Below are positions 27,235-35,479 of a DNA stretch of 64,000 nt, in pieces (position 1 is the first letter of the stretch; each line of letters opens with the position of its first letter). The DNA is taken from positions 1-64,000 of the IMG/VR virus record IMGVR_UViG_3300036886_000363. One strand, written 5' to 3'. The notes under the pieces were generated by a model that was not told the origin of the DNA, did no database searches, and saw only the letters and a program-made list of their open reading frames with translations. This DNA is from a virus. Position numbers and translations under genes: made by a program.

Positions 27235-27908
27235 TTCTTCACCGGGCTTTCATATTGAATAGGGTCGGTTCTTCCGATATTTGCAAAAGCCTCAAGTCTT
27301 TCCTGACAAGAGCCGCATTTCCCGCAGCTTAGAAATTGATCTTTGTAACAAGTTCTGGTCAGCTCGTAGGGAACAGCAGGAGAGATTCGATATCCCAATT
27401 TTAAGATTGAAGTTTTGTTATCGTAAAGAAAGGGAGCTGAGAGCTGCACCCTTGCTCCGGATCCATCGACGACTGCTTTCTGCATCGAGAAGATAAACTC
27501 TGGTCTGCAATCTTCATAAATGGCATGATCGCCTGCATGAACTCCAACTGCAACAATATCGGCTCCAATCGACCATGCATATCCCATCATGATTGCGACG
27601 AAGATAGTGTTTCTGCCGGGGACGACTGTCTGAGACATCGATGCATCGTTATAATGACCTTCGGGGATATCTCCGCCTGTCTTGAGAAGATTGGATTTGA
27701 AGAGCTGGCCGATGAAGGGGAGATCGATGTTGACAATTTCAGGCAGCTCATAAAACTTCGCGATCTTTTCAGCTGCCTCTGTCTCGTATTTGTTGTGCTT
27801 GCTCCCATAATTAAAATTGACAGGGTGTATCTCCGCTCCGAGATGTCTAAAATACCCACAAAGAGTAGCACTGTCCATACCGCCGGATAGACCTAACACT
27901 ACTTTCAT
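27231..27908 (-). CDS. queC: 7-cyano-7-deazaguanine synthase
   Basis: SGGMDS, YGSKH, VPGRN, YEDCRPEF, TRTCY...CGKCGSC. Confidence 0.95.
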   Translation of the reverse strand: MKVVLGLSGGMDSATLCGYFRHLGAEIHPVNFNYGSKHNKYETEAAEKIAKFYELPEIVNIDLPFIGQLFKSNLLKTGGDIPEGHYNDASMSQTVVPGRNTIFVAIMMGYAWSIGADIVAVGVHAGDHAIYEDCRPEFIFSMQKAVVDGSGARVQLSAPFLYDNKTSILKLGYRISPAVPYELTRTCYKDQFLSCGKCGSCQERLEAFANIGRTDPIQYESPVKK

Positions 27909-27945
27909 ATCTCTGCCTCCTATATAATGTTTGATATTTGATTAT

Positions 27946-27969
27946 ATTATATCATGATTTTTTGCTGTG
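27946..27969 (-). promoter_or_regulatory. promoter CACAG-N13-TATAAT for the queC-folE-dpdA operon
   Basis: CACAGCAAAAAATCATGATATAAT. Confidence 0.7.
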
Positions 27970-27973
27970 CGAT

Positions 27974-28008
27974 AAAATAAAAAGGGGGAGCATCAATGTG
28001 CTCCCCTC
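27974..28008 (-). terminator. Rho-independent terminator
   Basis: GGGGAGCA-cattga-TGCTCCCC followed by a T-rich tract, after gene 28038. Confidence 0.75.
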
Positions 28009-28037
28009 TCTTCAGATAGAGGCACAATCACGAATAT

Positions 28038-28610
28038 TTACTTTATGCTGTATTCACCCTTCTCACTCTTGACGAATTTGACCTTCTTTTCCTTTTCCAT
28101 GCGGGTCTGTTTCTTGCCGCCGATCTGGACTTGAACCGTCTTTGCCATCTTCGCCTCTTCCCTGTCAGGAAACTTCTTGACAAGCGCGGCCAGGATCTTC
28201 TCTTTGGTGATCGGACCTTTCTCTTTGATGATCTCAAGAATTGATTCGATGACTCCCGGGCCTTTGTCAGCTTTCTTCTCGCCCTTCTTGCCTGCTGCCT
28301 TTTTCTTTCCCTTTGTCTTGCCGTCGCCTGCTTCGGGTGTGCCTGCTTCAGCTGCCTTTGCGGCTTTCTCTTCCATCTCGAGAACGAGGTTGTTGAATGC
28401 CAGAGCTTCTTTCGGGCCGGGGAACTTGCCTTCGACATCGGGGATAACTCCCATCGCGTCCATGAACTTTTTGAGGATGACTTCTTTCTCTGCTCCAACG
28501 AGTTCGATCAAGGCCAACTTATTGGCTTCGAGGATCCCACTTTTGTTGAGGGCGGTTACTGCCACTCTCAAATCCTTAAACTTTACATCAACCACTGCTG
28601 TCTTTCCCAT
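28038..28610 (-). CDS. Lys/Ala-rich putative DNA-binding protein with C-terminal winged-helix-like region
   Basis: K/A-rich linker, then GVIESILEIIKEKGPITKEKIL...FPDRE; own promoter and terminator. Confidence 0.5.
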   Translation of the reverse strand: MGKTAVVDVKFKDLRVAVTALNKSGILEANKLALIELVGAEKEVILKKFMDAMGVIPDVEGKFPGPKEALAFNNLVLEMEEKAAKAAEAGTPEAGDGKTKGKKKAAGKKGEKKADKGPGVIESILEIIKEKGPITKEKILAALVKKFPDREEAKMAKTVQVQIGGKKQTRMEKEKKVKFVKSEKGEYSIK

Positions 28611-28681
28611 AATCTTTTCTCCTTTCATCTTTTGTCTGGTTTGAATTTCTGTATCGCCTGTACCTCTCTGATCTTGAATAT

Positions 28682-28692
28682 ATTATATCATG
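28682..28692 (-). promoter_or_regulatory. extended -10 promoter (CATGATATAAT)
   Basis: TGnTATAAT upstream of gene 28610; lacks the CACAG box. Confidence 0.5.
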
Positions 28693-28736
28693 CGGTTTGG
28701 CCAATGCGATATTTTTGTTTGGTGTCGGTTTGTACT

Positions 28737-30299
28737 CTACAAAACATCAAGAAATTTATGTAGTTGTAGAGAAATTACCACTCCTTTTTTCTTGAGCATG
28801 TTCACTTTGTCCATCCATCCTACAAGGATTTTTGGATCGAGCTTGTCATGAGAGGGTGAAAAGGCAAATCGACAGCCTTGATGTCTGAAAAGATGGACAA
28901 TATAAAGAGCATCTTCGAAGTCAGCCCAATCTGCAATAACAAATTTAATGAAAGATTCTCTGCCTAAGTTTTCAAAGTTTTTAACCCACTTATAATGACT
29001 CATTCCGCTTGATGGACCTTTCCAATCTGCGACATAATGGATCCCCGGATATGGATGCATATAGATCGAGCCATTGGTTTCAATCGAGACTTGAAATTTA
29101 TCCATGAAAAGTTCTTTAGCAACCATGATAATATCTGATTGCAGAAGGGGCTCGCCTCCTGTGATAGTAATGTTTGTATTCCCGAAGGAGACAGTCTTTT
29201 TGAGAACATCATCGATTGACATCTCTTGCCCGGCGGTCTCATCTTGAGCATAAGGGGTATCGCAATTATGAACCCACATATAATCAAGCAAAAAACTATT
29301 ATAAGGAGAACAAGACAAATTATACACTTTCAATAGATTTGGCCTCAGAGAAGGAGGATAATTATTCCTATTAATTTCCTTGATTGAAAGGATTTTAAGT
29401 CCATTTATTGCAGATAATTTTTTGCCGTCTTTTCTATTATTTTTCCAAAAGTTATATCCTATTTCATGGGTAGAATAATGACAAGATTCACATTCAACTT
29501 TTAGATTTTCTGAAGAATCATTTTTTCTATTGCTGTCTTTATGATGAACATCTAAAGACTTCTTTCTTTTGCAAATAGAACATTCTTTTATTTTTCCTTC
29601 TTTTATATCTTGTTTTAATTTATCATAATTGGGTGTTTTTGATCCTCCACTCCAATTAGGATTTTTGTCTCCCATTTTTGGTAAGGATTGTTTTTTTCTT
29701 AATTCTTCTTTTTGTTTTTTTGAAAGAGAATTATAAGGAGAAATATAAGTTCCTTCTTCTTGTTTCTTTTTAATTGTGTTGCTAATTTTTTTTCCAGAGA
29801 TACTATAGTTAGTGTTTTCAATAGATTTTTTCTTAATATCATTGTCTTTCATCGGATTTTTAATTCCTGTTATTCTAAATGATAATTTATCCTTGAAATT
29901 AGAATGATAGATTTCGTTCCCTATTTGTAAATCTTTAGCTTTCTTTATTCCTTGAGTTGTAAAAAAGGGATGCTCTTCAGTTACATAATACTCGTGTTTT
30001 TCTATTTTTATTCTTAACCAAGAATTAACCTCTCTAACAATGATATTTGTAATTTCTGTTTCTACCAAATTCTTTTCTTTATCAAAGGTCAATAATTTAT
30101 CTCCAACTTCAACATTATATATTTTTTTGTTGGGTTTGGAAGACAGAATGACTTTAGGGACATGGCGTCCTGGCATAACCCCAAAACAGTAACTACATTT
30201 CAGATTGCAGCCCGCGAGACGGATGAAGGTACAAAGACTCCCTTGATGTGAGGCAGAGATTTCCCCATTGATGCTACTAAAAATACTATGAACTTTCAT
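28737..30299 (-). CDS. queE: 7-carboxy-7-deazaguanine synthase (radical SAM), intein-containing
   Basis: IFSSINGE, FIRLAGCNLKCSY / CDTPY, ITGGEPLLQ, IETNGS, SLQLHK. Confidence 0.92.
   Translation of the reverse strand: MKVHSIFSSINGEISASHQGSLCTFIRLAGCNLKCSYCFGVMPGRHVPKVILSSKPNKKIYNVEVGDKLLTFDKEKNLVETEITNIIVREVNSWLRIKIEKHEYYVTEEHPFFTTQGIKKAKDLQIGNEIYHSNFKDKLSFRITGIKNPMKDNDIKKKSIENTNYSISGKKISNTIKKKQEEGTYISPYNSLSKKQKEELRKKQSLPKMGDKNPNWSGGSKTPNYDKLKQDIKEGKIKECSICKRKKSLDVHHKDSNRKNDSSENLKVECESCHYSTHEIGYNFWKNNRKDGKKLSAINGLKILSIKEINRNNYPPSLRPNLLKVYNLSCSPYNSFLLDYMWVHNCDTPYAQDETAGQEMSIDDVLKKTVSFGNTNITITGGEPLLQSDIIMVAKELFMDKFQVSIETNGSIYMHPYPGIHYVADWKGPSSGMSHYKWVKNFENLGRESFIKFVIADWADFEDALYIVHLFRHQGCRFAFSPSHDKLDPKILVGWMDKVNMLKKKGVVISLQLHKFLDVL
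29265..30188 (-). mobile_element. intein (308 aa) with HNH endonuclease in queE
   Basis: Starts CFG, block B VTEEHPF, ends VYNL...WVHN followed by +1 Cys; internal CSIC...VHHKD...N...CESCH; AT-rich. Confidence 0.9.
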
Positions 30300-30666
30300 T
30301 TTATGCTCTCCCTATTATTTGCTTTTCTACTCCCTTTTGTACTCTTTTAATATACTCCATAGTTTTTACTTGATTTGCCAGTATGTCTAACCAAGGCTTT
30401 AGTTCACAATTGTCCTTGTGTTTTTCTAACATTTCTTTTGATTCTCTAATGGCATCTTCTATCGACTCATTTTTCATTTTTGTGTCCTCTCCTCAGACAA
30501 TCTTTCGTGATACAATTGCCCTCTGGATCAACCTGAATATGACCGCATCCTTCGCAAATTACACACGCAGCCATATCCTTTGCCCAGTCCTCAGGTTTGG
30601 TTATTCCTTTCATATCTCCAAAATCTTGCCTGAAAATTTTCTCAGAACATTGCTTGCAATAATCGC

Positions 30667-30876
30667 TCATGATTTGTGACTCCTGATTCCCCTGACTTGT
30701 TGAATGGCAAACCATACTGAGACAAAAAGCATTCCCCATTGCTCGGCTGTCCACTCTGCATATAACCAAAATGGTGCCCCGCAAAGTCCGCAGATGAATC
30801 CTTGCCTATATCTCTTCCCTGCCAGAAGCCAGATCGAGAGACAAGAACAAATTACAATCCCTGTCTGACAGATCAT
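30667..30876 (-). CDS. small multi-TM membrane protein
   Basis: Hydrophobic segments, GFICGLCGAPFWLY...QWGMLFVSVWF; ATGA overlap with queD. Confidence 0.5.
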   Translation of the reverse strand: MICQTGIVICSCLSIWLLAGKRYRQGFICGLCGAPFWLYAEWTAEQWGMLFVSVWFAIQQVRGIRSHKS

Positions 30877-31235
30877 GGGATTACCTCGCAGAAACTATTC
30901 TCTGTTTCCTTGAGAATAATCTTTTGGATATAAACACCCTGATTCATGAAAGGGCCAATCAACATATTAACAATATGGTTGGCCAGCAATTCGGATGTTG
31001 GAATAAAATGGACAACCTCATTGAGAACCTTATGATCGAATTGATCGATGACATTCTCTTCAACAATCTTTTTCAGATCGGCATAATCCATTACCATCCC
31101 ATTTTGAAGCATACCTGCAATTTCAACGATCAACTCCCAGCGATGGCCATGGAGATTCTTGCATTTGCCCGGGTGATCCGGCAGGAAATGTGCCGCCTCA
31201 AAAGTAAACCTTCTACTTATTTTTGTTTTTGACAT
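30873..31235 (-). CDS. queD: 6-carboxy-5,6,7,8-tetrahydropterin synthase
   Basis: FEAAHFL, CKNLHGHRW, GMVMDY, FDHKVLN, PTSE, ETENS. Confidence 0.95.
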   Translation of the reverse strand: MSKTKISRRFTFEAAHFLPDHPGKCKNLHGHRWELIVEIAGMLQNGMVMDYADLKKIVEENVIDQFDHKVLNEVVHFIPTSELLANHIVNMLIGPFMNQGVYIQKIILKETENSFCEVIP

Positions 31236-32764
31236 TAATCCTCCTCCTTTCTATTCCACTCTGAATCGAGAAATGGCTGGCCAAGTTTTAATTGTTGCAA
31301 GACGATGACCTGCCCTTTCTCTATTCCCTCATCATGACGATGAACGAGAATTTCAAACCTTATCATCCCCCGTTTTTTCTCTTGCTCTGTCTGGTTAAGA
31401 GTTATGTCCATATCAACATGCTGGAGCTTCTTGATATTTCCACCAGTATGTTTTTGCTTCATGTTTTTACTTTCTTCTGATCCTCTATTTCCTTGATTGC
31501 AATTAACAAAGAGAAGATGCAATAATCCTGCCAGACCTTTTGATCTCTTCCATTTACGATTCTCATCTTCAAGCTCATTTGCTACTTCTGCAGCTGTGAT
31601 ATCGAGATAATCAAAGAGGACGACATCGGCATCAAATCCTTGTCGTCTTAAATTCTCAAGCTCTGCAATCGCTTCATCTAATCCGGCAGTGAAAGCCGGA
31701 AAGCAACGAAGGCGAAGATTGTCTCCAAAAAGTTTCTTGAATGTTTTGACCTTCTTTTTAATTGCCTCCGGAGATAGATTTTCCTTTTGGTATTGTGTTT
31801 GCCACCATGATGTCGGTTGATAATCTTTTGTTTTTAATTTGCGACATGCAGTGCATGGCTTGTAATCCATATCTTTTGTATAGGTAGGAAGTTCATCTGC
31901 ACTATTCAAGAGAGTGATTTTGTTTTCTCTTTCTGTTTTAGTGCAGGTTCCTTTTTGATTTCTCTTGCAGTCAAAGACAGGGAAGGCATATTCTCCTCCG
32001 TTCTCTGCCATTGCCGTCATTTTTTTGTAGACTCTTTTTTTATAAACAGTTTTATTCATCTCAAATGAGAAAATAGCAACCTTGAGACCAGCGCAAAGAG
32101 CATGGAACCCGATTTCCCATTCATAGAAAGACTTCCCCTTTTTTGCGGAACCCATGATTGAGACAAACCAGCCTCTCTGCAACCATCCTATCAGATCGCC
32201 CAGAGGCCCGGGCAGCTTGAACAATTTGTTTTCTTCATCTTCATCAAAAGTTTTATCTATCTCCGACTCATCAAGAGGATTTATCCATTGACTCACATTC
32301 TGGGCAACTTTGCCATAATTAAAAAGTGTCTCCTCTGCTTTTGTAAAATTGCCTTCGAGTCTGTATCCCTCAATTGTCTTTTGTAAAATTTCCAGACTTC
32401 GATCTCTGCAGAAAGTAACGGTCTCATCAAATCGCAACTCTTTATTAAAAGGGTAAGAATCTTGATTGTCAGAAATATATTGGTCAGAAAGACTTTGAAG
32501 GAAAGACTCCATGATCTCCAGTTCTGCTGCTTTGAGCTTTGCCGTCTTCGCATAAAAGATCGACTCAAAATCTTTCCCGGGAGCAGCTTTATATTTTTTA
32601 TAATACTCGAGGATCCATTGTGAGATTTTTCGAATATAATCTACCTTGAAATGTTTGGGATCGATCATTAAGTGAGTATCTCTGAGATAGTCAGAGCTGA
32701 CAATCATTGCTGTCAGAATGCGTTTCTCGATATCAGAATTTACTTCGATGCGGCTGTATTCCAT
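31235..32764 (-). CDS. DnaB/gp41-like replicative helicase with Cys-rich insertion
   Basis: Walker A GSAKKGKS, FSFEM, FDYLDI, NQGNR; insert CKRNQKGTC...CTAC. Confidence 0.8.
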   Translation of the reverse strand: MEYSRIEVNSDIEKRILTAMIVSSDYLRDTHLMIDPKHFKVDYIRKISQWILEYYKKYKAAPGKDFESIFYAKTAKLKAAELEIMESFLQSLSDQYISDNQDSYPFNKELRFDETVTFCRDRSLEILQKTIEGYRLEGNFTKAEETLFNYGKVAQNVSQWINPLDESEIDKTFDEDEENKLFKLPGPLGDLIGWLQRGWFVSIMGSAKKGKSFYEWEIGFHALCAGLKVAIFSFEMNKTVYKKRVYKKMTAMAENGGEYAFPVFDCKRNQKGTCTKTERENKITLLNSADELPTYTKDMDYKPCTACRKLKTKDYQPTSWWQTQYQKENLSPEAIKKKVKTFKKLFGDNLRLRCFPAFTAGLDEAIAELENLRRQGFDADVVLFDYLDITAAEVANELEDENRKWKRSKGLAGLLHLLFVNCNQGNRGSEESKNMKQKHTGGNIKKLQHVDMDITLNQTEQEKKRGMIRFEILVHRHDEGIEKGQVIVLQQLKLGQPFLDSEWNRKEED

Positions 32765-32782
32765 ATCTCTCCTTTTGCTTAT

Positions 32783-32806
32783 ATTATATCATGGAGATGG
32801 TCTGTG
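32783..32806 (-). promoter_or_regulatory. promoter CACAG-N13-TATAAT for helicase-queD-queE
   Basis: CACAGACCATCTCCATGATATAAT. Confidence 0.7.
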
Positions 32807-32813
32807 GATTATT

Positions 32814-34127
32814 TTAATTCTCTCTGTCAAGAATGTCGTGGTGTTTGAGATAGCGGGGGAGATTGCTTTCAAACATTGATGGGTGACAGAGCCATCCCGG
32901 TGTGACATTGAAATCATTCTCTCGTCCTTCTATTCTAAATAGGATTGCATCAACGAGATATTTGACCAGTGAACTCGGTTCATTTATACTTTCAGTGGAA
33001 TCTGTACTTATCTTCCTGCCATTCTTCTTTAGATAATCAACAAAGAGACCAGAAGCCTTTATGAAACAGTTTTCGTCTTGAGGTCTTGAATTGGTAAAGC
33101 CTTTTTGTTTCCAGATTGATTTGAGACGGGCAGTCACATTCGGATATGGATCTTCAAGGGCAGCAGGTTTGAGTCCATAAGCTCCGAGAAGATATTCTTT
33201 GCCCTGCACGCATTCCCAAAACCATGAATCGATGTTCTTTGCGATGTTTTGTGTTTTTAAAGCTTCTTTTTCTATCCTGTCTTGTTTCATAAATCTGGAA
33301 ATGCTGACCCGATGCCCTATATAATTTATTCGTAGTTTGTATAAATCCGGATTGTCGAGCATTTCATGATATAAGTCCATTGCCTCTGCTATCTCTGCTT
33401 TTGTATATCCTCTTTCAAGCTCGCCTTTAATTCGAGAGATAGCTGTCTCAAATAACTTTGTTGGTTTGCCTTTTATTTCTTTAACATGAGAAAGGAGGGG
33501 TTCTCCAATCATATTCCAATAATCGAAAAGATCCTCTGCTGTTTTATAAAGAGGCTCTGGAATGGCAACAGCGCTATCGGCGCTGATCCCTACTGGGATA
33601 TACTTATTTAAATCTATATTTATATTCGTGGACGAAATTGTCCTGCCCTCTGGACTTGTTTGTCCTGCCTCATTTTCCGCTGGACTTGTTTGTCCTGGGG
33701 CATGGACTTCCACGATTTTATTTATCATTGTTGATAGCAACTCATAAAGGGGTGTTGCCTCTAATTCATTTGCATATTCAAAATATGTATTGACGAGGGG
33801 CTTATAAATAATAGTATATTCGGGATTGATTGCGATTACTCTTGAAGTGCCTTGACGGGAAGGAATTAATTCGATGGTTATGTAGGAGTAATTTTGAAGA
33901 TTTTTTAGAGCCCTTGAAATTACTCGGGGGACAACCCCTCCGACCAGCTTCCCCAAATACTCGTTTGATGCCCAGCAGTGCTTTGATGTCCGATCTAAGT
34001 TTTGTAAATATCCAAAGAGGATTTTTTCTGTCTGAGTAAGGAAACAATTATATGCGACTTCTCCCGGGATTCCTATTCCTCCCGGTCTTTGCTCATGTTG
34101 TTCTATTTTTGGATTTTCCTGTTCCAT
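32814..34127 (-). CDS. phage replication initiator with N-terminal winged HTH
   Basis: LTQTEKILFG...CWASNEYLG...ISRALKNLQNYSYITI; located between primase and helicase; internal iterons. Confidence 0.75.
   Translation of the reverse strand: MEQENPKIEQHEQRPGGIGIPGEVAYNCFLTQTEKILFGYLQNLDRTSKHCWASNEYLGKLVGGVVPRVISRALKNLQNYSYITIELIPSRQGTSRVIAINPEYTIIYKPLVNTYFEYANELEATPLYELLSTMINKIVEVHAPGQTSPAENEAGQTSPEGRTISSTNINIDLNKYIPVGISADSAVAIPEPLYKTAEDLFDYWNMIGEPLLSHVKEIKGKPTKLFETAISRIKGELERGYTKAEIAEAMDLYHEMLDNPDLYKLRINYIGHRVSISRFMKQDRIEKEALKTQNIAKNIDSWFWECVQGKEYLLGAYGLKPAALEDPYPNVTARLKSIWKQKGFTNSRPQDENCFIKASGLFVDYLKKNGRKISTDSTESINEPSSLVKYLVDAILFRIEGRENDFNVTPGWLCHPSMFESNLPRYLKHHDILDREN
33601..33697. repeat. 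putative replication origin: three GGAC-N6-GTCC iterons plus AT-rich tract inside the initiator gene
   Basis: tggacgaaattgtcctg (33629), ctggacttgtttgtcctg (33650 and 33680); AT-rich 33601-33627. Confidence 0.6.
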
Positions 34128-34339
34128 ATTTCTCCTTTCGGTTAAAAATAAAAACCCCTTAGAAGAGGAATCAAGATCGATGAGAATCAGCCAAGACTTT
34201 CAACGATCCTGCCTTGGGAGCGAGGACTCGTTTTAGCATCGAATCCCGATCCCTCTTCTAAAGGGTTTTTGCAAAACATTACTTGGCTGATTCCTTTCTA
34301 AGAACAATCAATAGGGTTGCCCAGACTTCTATTGATCTT
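34128..34339 (-). promoter_or_regulatory. structured 5' leader of the initiator gene (attenuator-like)
   Basis: Crossing stems GAATCAGCCAAG/CTTGGCTGATTC and AAAAACCCTTTAGAAGAGG/CCTCTTCTAAGGGGTTTTT plus a U tract. Confidence 0.6.
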
Positions 34340-34380
34340 TATCTATATAAACGATTTTGAGGCAGTTGTAAATTTATTAT
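34340..34380 (-). promoter_or_regulatory. sigma70-like promoter TTTACA-17-TATATA
   Basis: ATAATAAATTTACA-N8-AAAATCGTTTATATAGATA, same conserved blocks as 44370-44410. Confidence 0.7.
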
Positions 34381-34385
34381 TTTTT

Positions 34386-35303
34386 TTAGAAGCCTATGTC
34401 CTTCTTTAACTTCCTGATTGTGTCGGGATTCATGTCTTTGGGATCTCCTTCTTTGAAAGAGATTTGCTCGACATAGGGTATGATACCGGAGAGCTGAGTT
34501 GCCATGTCCTTACCTTTGCTTTCCGCATCTGGATCAAAGAGAACGAAAGCCCTCCTGATCTTCTTGCGGGCAATCATTGCAATCTGCTCCTTTGTCAGAT
34601 GGGAAGTAAAAGAAGCAACAGATTCATCTCCAAATCGCCAAACCCCGGTGCAGCCTTCAAACATCAGCATCTTGTCCTTGACGGTATCGATATTATATAT
34701 GCAATGCTTGACCGGGATGATCGCCCGCTCCGGAGGGCAATCGAGATATGGAGGACGTTTGTCTTGACGTAAAATATCCATCCCCGTAAAGCTTACAATC
34801 TGCCGATTGATAATGATCGGGATAATGACTCTAAATCGATATTGCCCGAGTTGCCAGACTGGGTGGAGATGGTATTTCTTAATGAGAGAATGTGGTTCGA
34901 AGCCCCTTGATCTGAGGTAGTCAAGGTGGATTTGTGGCCAAGTTTTCTCGATCTCGTTTTCCGGGAGTAGACTTTGCCATGTCCTTTTAGGGGGAGCAGG
35001 ATCTTCCCATGGTGATTCGTTTGTTATATCCAGAGGGAATTCCCGGGCAATCTTTCTTGCCTGTTCATAATTGCAGTTTTCAATCAACTCGATGAGATGA
35101 TAGACATGACCGGGCGGATTGTCGCACATCCAGCATTTGTATTGGAGGCTCTTGAGATTGATGCCTAAGTGCTCGCTGTGATCGACGCAGCCCGGGAGAA
35201 TGCAATTTATCTCTATCCAGCCTCGTGTAACATTCTTTCCGCCTGTCTTGATCTTGATATCCCGGGAAGTCAGATAGGCTTTTATGTCAAAGTTGTTTTT
35301 CAT
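34386..35303 (-). CDS. DNA primase (zinc finger + TOPRIM)
   Basis: CILPGC..H...CWMC; RVIIPI; FEG..G; LFDPD; GDP. Confidence 0.85.
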   Translation of the reverse strand: MKNNFDIKAYLTSRDIKIKTGGKNVTRGWIEINCILPGCVDHSEHLGINLKSLQYKCWMCDNPPGHVYHLIELIENCNYEQARKIAREFPLDITNESPWEDPAPPKRTWQSLLPENEIEKTWPQIHLDYLRSRGFEPHSLIKKYHLHPVWQLGQYRFRVIIPIIINRQIVSFTGMDILRQDKRPPYLDCPPERAIIPVKHCIYNIDTVKDKMLMFEGCTGVWRFGDESVASFTSHLTKEQIAMIARKKIRRAFVLFDPDAESKGKDMATQLSGIIPYVEQISFKEGDPKDMNPDTIRKLKKDIGF

Positions 35304-35479
35304 TTTTTAAACTTCAAATACACTCTTCTCATTTGAATTCATGAATGTCTGTTGGTCCCCATTTTTGCCAACTCCAATTTGTTAAATTATCAAGAGACTG
35401 TCCGATGAATCTTTTTATGATAGGAGCAGCGTCTATAATTATTTTATTCTTATCTGTCTGGACATAACAAGTAAATTTT

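Noticed and set aside
30667-30876. preQ0 transporter (YhhQ/QueT) between queD and queE
   Set aside because: Only 69 aa with no recognisable family motif; location alone is not enough.
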